Positions 13,243 through 23,967 of a DNA stretch of 46,424 nt are shown here, in pieces (the first letter of the stretch is position 1; each line of letters begins with the position of its first letter). The notes below the pieces were generated by a model. The model was not told the origin of the DNA, made no database searches, and saw nothing but the letters and a program-made list of their open reading frames with translations. Source of the DNA: Cirrosporium novae-zelandiae (lineage: Eukaryota); NCBI GenBank assembly GCA_026023565.1, contig JAPETS010000061.1:62001-108424 (forward strand), written 5' to 3'. The translations under genes were made by a program, and so were the position numbers.

Positions 13243-15367
13243 TCAAGACAAGTTATCCTCGATAATCACTTCTGCTGCCTTTTCACTAATCATATAGATA
13301 GAGGTCACAATGTAAAACCCTGGGATTTTGGGGAAAATGGACGCATCTACAACACGGAGACTATCGACGCCACGGACACGAAACTTTGCATCTAACACAG
13401 CGTTCGCATCATCGTCGGCACCAATCGGGCATGTACATGAGGCGTGATGCCCCCAGGCTTCATTACGAATAAAGTCCTTCAACTCGTCATCGGTGCTGTA
13501 ATCATCCTCGCCGGGCCAGACTTCTGTAAAGGAGCCGCCAAGTGGAATGAGATCCTTATAGATTTTGCGGCTGAATTTCATCCCTTCGAGGACGGCTTGC
13601 AAATCTTTCTCGTCGGCATCGTCGGTCGTGGTGCCTTCATCAAAGTAATTAAAATTTATGAGGGGAGTATCACGGGGGTCCGTAGAGCGGAGGGTAATAG
13701 TTCCCATATTGTTACGTGAGTGTGCTTTGAGGGTAAGCCATGCCCAATGGCGGGCATCCGCAAGCGCATCCACAGAATAACCTGGATAATAGCCTTTAAA
13801 GTATGCAGGTGCGCCGGTGACAATCACATCGGGGTTATCAGATTCAGAGGCAACGCTGGACTTGAGTATGATAGAGATGGCAAGACCAGATGTTGCATAG
13901 GTGCCTGGGTCGATTGCATTATTTTTCCATTGCTCGAGGCATGGGTCGGGGCCGGTGGTAACGTTGTTAAGCCCATTGAAGTTGCAGTTGCCTGTGATAA
14001 CAAAGTTGGAGTTGGTTTTCGCGATGACGCCAGTTTCATAGCGATCTTGAAGATTAGTACCAACGCCAGGGAGATCAACAACAACGGGGATGTTGAAACT
14101 ATTAAGTTCATCGCTCGGGCCGATACCACTAAGTTTGAGGAGTTGCGGCGTGTTGAAAGCACCGGCGGAGATGATGACTTCTTTGGTGGCGTCGACTTGG
14201 CCGGGGGTTCCGGCAGTAGCGTTTGAAGCTCGAGGGTCCGCTTTATAAAGAGATTTCCCATCTAGAAAATCAACACCGATAGCTTTGGGCTTCCCTGAGG
14301 TAGAGTTTGAGAAGCGAATTTTCGTCACAAGGCAATGGGTGCGGATGTCGAGGTGGTACTTCCGGGAGCCATCCTCATTGGTAGCACTAGCTGTATCGAC
14401 GACAAAATCACGCGGGCTGCTTCGTTTATGGGTTAGTGCATCGACAGCGATTGGAACCTGATAAAGACCTAAATCTTGGTCACGTCCAGGGGTATCTGCA
14501 TTCAAATCCAGAGCCAAGACGTGGCCAAGGCCTGCAACAGTGCTAATGACGCTTTCGAGACCCTTGCCCATGGCGGTTGCAGCAGCAGTGATCAGCGAGA
14601 GTAGCTTGGTGTCTTCCACGACAAGCTTCAAAGAAGTAAGGGAGGTTCTGAGCCAGCCGCTGAAGCCATGGCCGACAATACCGTTCGGGAGGTATTCAGA
14701 TCGCTCCAAGCGCTCCCAGTATTGCCTCATGTTATCGGCATCCCATGAATCATCCCCAGTGATGTTTTTAATGTAGTTGAAGTCGCTTTTGTGGGGGTAA
14801 ATGGTGATTTGTGCATTATGGGTAGAACAACCGCCCAAGGACCCTGTGCGAGGATACCAAATGCCCAGCCTCGTCGCATCTGCGGAAGGATCGGGTCCTG
14901 TGTAAAAGCTTCCATCGGGAAGTCGATATGTGAACTTGGAGTCCTGCGTTTGCCGGGTTTCGTTTTGATAATGATTAGTAAAGTAGTCCCACCTCATATC
15001 CTCGTAGTCACTGGCGATTAGATGGAAAGCCGGGACTTGCTGCTCGATCGCGCTTCCTTGGTCGTCACCAGCTTCGATCAGAAGAACTTTACTTCCATTG
15101 ATTGCTAGTCTTGCAGCAAGAGGTCCACCTCCGGGACCGGATCCTACCACAACATAGTCATAGTCTTCAAGGACTGTGATATTTGATGCAGAAGTAGAAT
15201 TGCTTGCACGAGCATGAAGATGCTGATGCCGTTGATGGAGAGTATCACTTACCAGCAAGTTAGTGGGATTTCAGTAGCAGGAGGTAGAGAGATGGATTAT
15301 ATACATACATGGCCGACGCAGTGCCGGAAAGGGCAGCGAGAAAGCTCAAAGCACGTATCACAAGCAT
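13243..15367 (-). CDS. Secreted GMC (AA3-like) FAD oxidoreductase, about 687 aa; exons 15367-15309, 15247-13243
   Basis: Signal peptide MLVIRALSFLAALSGTASA; YDYVVVGSGPGG FAD motif; SLGGCSTHNA; EVIISAGAFNTPQLLKLSGIGP; PGVGTNLQD; WGHHASCT; LRVVDASIFP; intron GTATGT...CTAAC...AAG. Confidence 0.95.
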
Positions 15368-16629
15368 TTTGCAAGCATATCATTCAAGGAACTTTGAATA
15401 TTAATTAAATCGACCTGGACCTCAACAGACTTCAGAATATCAAAAGAACGACTGTCTGTTATCAACCTTAACAAAAATAATGACCCAATACCTATTAATG
15501 GACTATGAACAATGAAACAAAACAACTTCAACCAAAATGATGATTGAGGATTAAATATAACTATCCAGCACGATAAGCTGATCGCGGTAGCGCGGATAGC
15601 TCTGGATTCGGACAGCAGGGATAACATGGTCTGCTGTATGATCCTTTGGAATCATTTCCTCATTTTCCCTGTAAGGGGGAATTGTGTTCTGTTCCTGTCC
15701 CTTCTTTCATAACGGCTAACAGCTGTCAAAGAACGGCATTTTATCCCGGCGATCGTCACAGCGCATTGTTGATCTAGCTCCAAGCAAGTATAGTCTTCAC
15801 TCTATGATAAAATTCAGTCGTGAATTAACATGAATGTTAGTAACGCAATCCTTAGCAAAGCTGTTTTCTGAGTCTTTTTTCCTCAATGGGCGGCGGGTAC
15901 CTGACTTTCGGATGTTTTTACACTGGGATCATCCGCACAAGGGGGTTGTTCCTCGTCAGCTACAGCAGAGGACCATGTTCACATTAGCACGATGTAATAG
16001 GGTTAGTTTCTAAACGATCAGCAATTGAGAATTGGGCGTTTCATCCTCTTCCTCAATAAAGTACCTAGGTAGTTAGCTAGTTAATCCACAGTAGATTCCA
16101 GTATCTGCTGTCGAACGAAGTAAAGAGATTTAGTCAAGCGCCGTAGTCTAATCATTCAGTGCTGACGATTTAAGCCGAATATGGCAACTTTAGCGGAAAC
16201 CTTGTGTAGGGTCTGACCCTAGCACCCTTACCCCTAAGCCCTAACAAGTTCGCCCTATCTCTCCATTTCTTGACCATGAACCCTTGCACGTACTAGTCAG
16301 ATAGCCCTCGTTGCCTAGTTAGATTTCTTGAAGTTTGATCAGCTACCTTACCTCAACGTGCTTGATGGATCCATCATTTTTAAGATTTAAATATCACTAC
16401 TACCTATTTACCCGAATCATTTTCCGGCGACCGACATTGATTAAGGTGTAGACCAGGTAATCTAGTTATGTAAATACAGTGAGAAAGATGATAGGATTTT
16501 TGGCCCCTCAAATCCATCCATAATAATGGTCAGTGTGGAATACTTAAAAATCAATAATACATACGCAATCTGACATGCGAAAATGTAGAAAGTAATTAAT
16601 TAATATGCAATTCATAGGGGAAACCACGG

Positions 16630-18248
16630 CTAAAAGGCCGACCCGCTTTTGTTGGCCCCGGGGAAGAGGTCTTGTAGTCCTTCCCAGGCCGGCTTCCCAC
16701 CAGCCGTGAGATCGGCCACAACGGGACAATTGTTCAGCTTCAAAAGCGCGACATCGAGAGCATCGGTGAGCAACTTGTAGGGTACACCGATCGTCGAGTA
16801 GATTGAGGATAGTGAATTTGGACTGGCAAACTTCATCACCTCCAAGACGAAGCACAGCAAGTTGTTCCCCTCTAGTAGCATTGTAGCATCGTAGACGCCA
16901 CCGGTAAGATTAGCAATATTAACGCCCATAAAGCTGTCAACCGATCCGACATTGCCCCCAATACTTCCGGGGATGTTAGTAAATGGAAAAATATATTGGT
17001 GGTGGGTAGGCTTACTTAGCAAGAATGGGTTCCTTGGCAACCCAGTCGATAATATCCAAATTGAAATTCAAAAGTCCATATTCAGAACCCTTAGGTGCTC
17101 GATACCAATTATCTGGAATCTTTTCCCAGCCTTCCCTGTATTCGAAATTCCCTTCTTCCCCATAAATGGCAAAGAAACTCTTGACGCAATCCTTGGCTGC
17201 TTTGTGTTAGCAATGCTTTGAAGGCATCGGAGGAAAGACTCACTTAAGACGCCCTCGGGATGCTCAGTTGAATGATTTCGCATAATTCGACCTATGAATG
17301 CAAAACCTGCGTTCCGGAAAAACAAACCCGCCACAGGACCGTAGTAAAAATATGGATTCGTCGCAACGCTCTGCTCATATCGTTTCACGCCCAACTCCAA
17401 CATGGCATCCATGCTAAAGGTGCCATTATCATCGGCCAAATTATACCATTCCATGAAGTTGTCCATTTGGAGTTTGTAATTTTCGCCGGTTACATAGAGA
17501 TCACCACGGGTAGGAGAGGCATCGGATTCGATGATATTGTGCCCACCGTCAAGGCCTTGTGGTTCCCCTAATAATCCAAGGGCATTATCGAGAATATTTT
17601 GTGCTTCATCGGATTCCCCTCCAATCGAAAACCCAGGATCTAGGGAAAGTGGGTTGCCAAGCTCAACCGTGGCATATACTCCAAGAACTGTGCCCAGATC
17701 GATTCCCATGCCCAAAACTGCCACTCGGTCAGCATCTACGTCAAATTCTAGTGCAGGTTTTCATCATTTACCATTGTGTATCGCGAGAATTGCGTCAAGC
17801 ATCTACCAAGGACTCATTAGACTGTAGGGTATGAATTACCAACCTCTAACCACTTACACTGGTAACCCCGTCGCGGGGGAGATAGCCATGATTGGCGAGT
17901 GCATTGAGTCCTGGGCAAGGCCCCCGTATGTCGCCAGCAGTAAAGTTGGGCGCCTTAAATGCATGATCGCCAGTGACTTTGGAAAGTTAGGTATGATCAG
18001 TGAGGTCGTCAAGTTTACTTACTGTCCACGGGCTCAGTCAGTGGATTGAAGGTTAAACCGGCCAGTTCAAGTTCGATTGCTGACTCCAGACTTGAAAATA
18101 AAGAGCGTTTGCCCAATCGTTTTGTTGTGCCAGCACCATGACCATGTAAATATTTGCCAATGTGCCCCAATGTTGGCATGCAATGAACCTGGGATATTTG
18201 TTCCCCAGCAAACAAAAAGAGCAGAAACGAAACAGAGAATAACTTCAT
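16630..18248 (-). CDS. Secreted heme-thiolate peroxidase (chloroperoxidase/unspecific peroxygenase family, long type), about 454 aa; exons 18248-18023, 17976-17858, 17802-17772, 17717-17244, 17196-17016, 16963-16630
   Basis: RGPCPGLNALANHGYLPRDG proximal-Cys motif in exon 2 (absent from the ORF track); HNIIESDASPTRGD; SVATNPYFYY; EKIPDNWYR; signal peptide and KR sites; five introns in consistent phase. Confidence 0.93.
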
Positions 18249-18956
18249 GATCAGAAACAAATCGTTAATGAGTGGAGAGAACTAAAGTAAAGAACGACAA
18301 GAACCCCTCAAGCTCCTTGGAGGTGGTAGAGACTGTAATGTGGTGTTCAGTTTCTTAGAGAAATAAATCACTTTTGGGAGAAGATTGATAGAAAACGATA
18401 TCTCTCAGCTTCCCCGGTTGACTCGGATCAGCTCCCCCGCCCCATACCCTCTTCTCTACGGTGACGACAGACGATATACCTCGATTGTCATTGGTTAACC
18501 GGGAAAATGTCTTGTGAAGGAATAATTTCCTATCGTAGAAGGATTTGACTACTGTATGTTTCCATGTTTCCACGCTTCCATTGCTCCCATCACTGTGGAT
18601 CTGCAGGGGGTGGGTCAGGGGAAACTCAAGGTATCTTTAATTGCTGGGTATGATATTAGTTTTTAGTCGGTGTACCTTGGCAAAAAGATGTGGTGAAGCT
18701 TACCATGGCAACTACTTTCGAAAGTACAGGATGATGGGAGTAGGATCGTCGGTAGCATTATCTTGGTTGAGTTAACCATATCTAATAAGGTTTTGACCAA
18801 GACATGTCCCCTGTTGTGCTTGTTGGGCGAAGTTTGACGTTTTTTGTAGTCGACAGCATTAACGTTAGGCTTATAGGTCTTAGGGCATGTAACGGTTAAC
18901 CTAGTTCCAATTAGGGTAAGGGTTATGGAGACTTGCCCCTTTAAGCTCTTGACTCT

Positions 18957-19110
18957 TAACTACTTTCAACTACTTCCAACCACCTCCAACTACCATGAAA
19001 GACAAATACAGTGAAAATGACAATGCAATGACAAGAATTATCAATCAATTAACTAATTACCAAGATCCCTCAAGATTTCCCAAGATTTACCAAGAATCGC
19101 CAAGAGTTGG
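18957..19110 (+). repeat. Two 10-bp-period minisatellites: (YAACYACYWY)x4 at 18957-18996 and (CAAGANNNNN)x5 at 19061-19110
   Basis: taactacttt/caactacttc/caaccacctc/caactaccat and caagatccct/caagatttcc/caagatttac/caagaatcgc/caagagttgg read directly. Confidence 0.8.
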
Positions 19111-19748
19111 TTACCATTTGTCACATAATCACTTTCCAAGTCCAATTCGATATATTTAGCTAACCAGCGACATGTATAAACCCTGGTGAAAAAATCACTC
19201 TTGACCACATATTTCAACGCTACGAAATTCTTGGATCCAAATTAGGCGATAACTACCAAAGAAGAATCCCTGTCATCAAAGGGGTTAAGACCATGAACCT
19301 GGTCCCTGGATTTGATAAGCATCCTTTTGATCCTTTCTCGTCATGCAGTCATGCACCAAAATGTGATCAAGTGATGGAATCAACAGTCACCCCAGAACTG
19401 GGCGAAATATTTTCTCAAACACTCATCGCTTACCAGGAACCTTTGTTCAAGTGGAGGCACAACCCATCCCGAAGATACCCCCACCGGACGCCACTAGTCG
19501 CCAGGCCATGTGGTTGATGTGTCCATGGCGATCAACCTACCTGAAAATTAGTATGCAGGTTGCTAATCGCTCTGGATAGCCCACAAGCCTTATACATAGA
19601 TAATATTGCTCGACGTAACACCAATTAATTAGAAGCACAATAAACACCTGTTTTGCTCCTCTACCCTACACTCTTTTATTTCCTTTTCTTTTCTACTGCT
19701 TGTCATAAATGTAATCATCACTCCTCTCACAATCTCAAATCCGTTACC

Positions 19749-21496
19749 ATGCAATCGTTTTATGGGATCTTGGCCTTTATGGTCGCCTTGATAACAACGG
19801 TTCAGGCATATGATAACAAATATAGCGATAACACCGTCTCATTACCCACTTGTGCTGTGAGATATGATCCTTCAGGCGCTCGGTCTTTAAATACTAATCG
19901 TCATAGGCACCATGCTTTGTCGAATTGATTCCCGAATCGTATTGTCAGACACTGACGAACCTAACATGTATCTGCATGAATGCAAAGTTGTCTGCAGAAA
20001 TCTCTGAATGTGTCGCAGGAAGCTGCCCAGTCAGAGCCCAGTTGCGTATGTTTTGCTGTAGATTTCTGATATCCGCCAACTAACATTCATGACTACAATC
20101 AGAAACAAAGAAATATTCCTACGATCAGTGTGGGCAACCAGTCCGAGATAGAACTCGGCTTGTTTCAATAATTGGGGTGGTCGGGGGCGTTGTTGCTTGT
20201 ATCGCCGTCTTTCTACGTATATTGGCGAGAAGGGGTTCGGGGAGCGGCAAATGGGGATGGGACGACTACATTATTATTGTCACGACCACTGTAGGTTTTG
20301 TTATGAATCCTAATACAACATTCATTAATAAGATTTAGATACTCGTGATCCCTCTTTCTATAATCTCTGTCGTCCGTAAGTTACCCAAATATATGGCACG
20401 AACACTACTGAGACTGAATACTGACCATTTTGACAGTCGCCGAACATGGCCTCGGCAAGGACATGTGGCAGGTTTCTTTCAACGACTTGACTTATATTCT
20501 CAAGGCAAGCTGGCATTGGCAACCTGCTTCGATGTCCACTAACTAGTCAATAGGTTTATTACGCTGATGAACAAATCTACATTACCAGTATCTCTTTGAT
20601 CAAGTTATCTATTCAATTCTTTTATCTTCGCATCTTTCCAGCTCCATACTTCAAAAAGTGTGTATACATACTCATGGCGCTCACGATCCTATACTGCGTC
20701 ATCTTTGACGCCATATCACTCTTTCAGTGTACGCCAGTTAGCTTGGCGTGGACACGTTGGGATGGCCAGCATAAGGGCGTCTGCCGGAACATTAATGCAC
20801 AAATCTGGTCCTGCGCCGCGATCAACATCGCTTTGGATGCTGCGACCCTAATTCTGCCGCTGCCTGAATTATATAAACTCGCGCTCTCAACCAGGAGAAA
20901 GATTCAGATTTTGGCTATGTTCAGTGTTGGCTTCTTGTAAGTTTGAGCCTCCCCAGAGATATCAACCCTAATCCTAACTTTCAAAGTGTTACAATTATCA
21001 GTGTCATTCGACTAGAAGTCTTAGTCACATTTGGAAACACCCAAAATGTCACCTGTTAGTTTCCTCAGAACCACCAAAACTTATCCCACACTGACCCACC
21101 CCAGGGGACTATACCAGCATCGGCTACTGGAGCACCTTGGAAGTACACGTAGCAGTGGTCTGTGCCTGTATGCCGGCAATTCGTTCCCTCTTCCAAAACG
21201 TCTTCCCAAAAGTCTTCGGCCATACCCAAGTCGCCTCCACGGGCAAAACAACGGGATTGTCCACCAACGCAAGCAATGGCAAAATTGTCACCACCCAGCG
21301 ATCTCAGCGCCACCACGAAGACGGCGATTTCATCCCGCTTGTGGACATGGACACCGGAAAAAACGAGGACTTGGAGTTTGGTCAGCGGCCTCCCGGATCC
21401 TCGTACACTACTACTCACGCTCAGAATGCGGGAAGCACCCCCACGCTCGAAACTATAAATGTGAACAGAGATACCAAATCGAATCACGCTAGCTAG
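19749..21496 (+). CDS. CFEM-domain Pth11-like integral membrane receptor, about 460 aa, 8 exons (19749-19856, 19907-20045, 20103-20290, 20339-20375, 20437-20504, 20554-20936, 20987-21054, 21105-21496)
   Basis: Signal peptide; 8-Cys CFEM LPTCAAPC...C...CIC...C...C...C; WGWDD, HGLGKDMW, KLSIQFFYLRIFP, FQCTP, DAATLILPLP, WSTLEVHVAVVCACMPA Pth11-family motifs; one GC-AG intron required. Confidence 0.94.
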
Positions 21497-21939
21497 CTTT
21501 ATAAAGGTAGAGTATTCTTAATTAATTAATGAATGAGAGCTTATCAACCTCTCCACAAGCCAGCTCTCGCTACTAGCAGCAACTCGGCTTTGACAAGTTC
21601 TGCCAACTCGCCGTATCCCTGAAAGAGATTTCCTTGGCTTCGTCATTAATTACTAGGACGGAGACTCTAGATGGAGAGGATTAATCGAGAACAAACAACC
21701 CATGAGGCTCATTGCAACCGTCTTTTTCTCTCTCGCCCGCTGGCCGGGCTTACGAATCGACACCACACCACAGTATCAATTGAAAATATCGGTACTTTTG
21801 GTCATTCAGCTGAGCAGAACTATCCATTCTTTCTTTTAGGAGCTGGAAAGGGGTCGAGGTGGCATGGTATGATATGGCAAATATCAATTATGCGCACCCT
21901 CCTTGTTATATCGATAACACATCACAACACATAAAATAA

Positions 21940-23850
21940 CATTAGACTTTTTTTATAATTCAGACAAGACAGGGAAATTAACTGTCATGTAAGCTTTTAC
22001 TATAAAAGTGGCTACCTATTACTACTTGCTAGGGGGATAGAGATGAGTGTTGTGGAGGGTGGATCAGGGAAGGGAAATGGACCAGACCAAATAGATAGTC
22101 TGGCCCCGACCAACCAGACCGAACTTTTTCATAGCACGACCAGACCAAGCCTCTCCGTCTATAGACCGACCGAGGGCCTTGGTCTGGTCGGTTTGGTCCA
22201 TTCCCTTCTCTGATATTATATAATATCTATGATTGATAGACATCTTTCTTTCACCACTAACCACCAAATCCCCCCCAAAAAACACGAACCAACCAATATC
22301 GTCTATCGAACCCCAAAAAAATAACCAACTTTGTTGGTTACAGTTGTTAACTACCTACATGATATCCTTCTCTCTCTCTATCTATATTCCTTCCTTACCA
22401 TCCGCCTCTCTAATTAATTAATCAAATCTTTCTTCCTCAAAGTTAAAGGATTTACAGAATAGAATCACATCCTTCCTCCTCATCTTCTGACAATAACAAT
22501 AATAATGATCGACTGATACTAATGACGAAAATACCCCCAAATTCCCAAAACAAGTAAAAGGTAAAAAGGTAAAAGGTCCGGCCCACCACTCCCTACTCCC
22601 CGCTCCACTTCCTCAACTCCACAACCAAAACCAGCGAATCTAGCTTTTGCACCACCACCGCCTAATAACGTAAGGTACTTACTATAACCAAGTCTAATGT
22701 AACTATCTAAGTCACCGTAGATAATATAGACGCCAATACCGCTCACCTCCTCTATTCATTTTCTTCAAAGTGGACCGTCTCTTTTCTTTTCCTTACCTAT
22801 AATCGATATTAGAGTTTTGGGTATGTAAGAGGTTTATGTTTTTTTTGGGGGGGGGGGAGTGGAGGGGGGAATCGTTTAATGATGAAAAAAGGAAAAAAGG
22901 GGAAATGAGATTAGATCTTTAGAATGCTTCTTGATCGCTGGTTTATTTATTTTTTAGCATTATAGACTGATTGCCTGTGGTTGCGCCGCACAAGTTAAGT
23001 TAAGGGATTGCTTACAGTAGTTGAATCGCCACACACACACACACACACACACATTATTCTCCCCAAGTCTGAGACCCCCCCTCCCTCCCTCCTTCCTTCC
23101 TTACCATACTGATTATATTCATATTCAAGATGACCCCATCTAACACTCAGTTCCGGTGGTGGATAGATGGCATGAGCATCCCGAACCCGGATAGTAGAAT
23201 CTGAACGGTCCCCTGACGGATTTTGTTGCTGGTAGTGTTATCTTGAATGGCCCCGGAAGCGGGGGTTGGTTGGTTCTGGGTTAAGCATTTTGAACAAAAC
23301 CGCTCTCTCTCTCTCTCTCTTATGGCCCTTTGGAAAATATACAAAGGGCTAGGGCTAGTACTATCGATGTTGTTAACATTCTAAAGATACAGACAGACAG
23401 ACAGACAGACAGATAAACAAACTACACCCTTTAGCTTATTGATTAGTCATTTATCTATCTACATTAAACAAACAAATAAATAAATAGCACCCCCTCCCCC
23501 CCCTGGTTTCACCTTCTTCGCAAGACATAAATATAAGTTATAAAAGGTTTAATTAATTAATTACCTAGGTATACATTGTGCTGTGGCAAAGAAGAAGGAG
23601 GAGGAGGAGGAGAAGATATCCTTACTCTTAAGAAAGGGTTGGTTAGTTGGAATGAATGAATGGAGAGATGGAGAGATGGAGAGGATTTGATAGATTGATG
23701 GATGGATAGAGGGGTCGTGTGTGTGTCCTTATGCTAAGATTACAGATTATAGTAATTATGGAAAGGGGAAGGGTTTGGGGGGTTTAGAATTTTTGGATAT
23801 TTCTCTCCCTTCTCCCTTTTAAAGTAAAAGGTTGATATATCCAGAATGTA
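21940..23850. repeat. Low-complexity/microsatellite-rich zone ((CA)n about 23030-23053, (CT)n, (ACAG)n, (TAAT)n, poly-G)
   Basis: Read directly from sequence. Confidence 0.8.
22063..22214. mobile_element. MITE-like foldback element, about 150 bp, with imperfect terminal inverted repeats of about 27 bp and internal GACCAGACC-type repeats
   Basis: Left ATCAGGGAAGGGAAATGGACCAGACC versus reverse complement of right end ATCAGAGAAGGGAATGGACCAAACC; internal stem CGACCAGACCAAG...CTTGGTCTGGTCG; no target-site duplication seen. Confidence 0.5.
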
Positions 23851-23967
23851 GATATGATTCCAGCTTCACTTATTACGATCTTATCCTACATTCGAATATC
23901 CACAAGCCCCTCAGCTCCTATTGATATAGCAGAAATTCCCTTGATGGCAATAAAAGTCCCTTCAACC

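Noticed and set aside
13444..15021. Several 60-170 aa ORFs overlapping the GMC gene
   Set aside because: Antisense or alternate-frame shadows of a long coding exon with no recognisable motifs
15248..15308. Possible stwintron in the GMC gene (GTAAGT overlapping the acceptor)
   Set aside because: No AG precedes the GTAAGT to define a nested intron; a single intron with an AAG acceptor already restores the frame
18957..19110. CRISPR-like array
   Set aside because: 10-bp tandem units without unique spacers, in a eukaryotic genome with no cas genes
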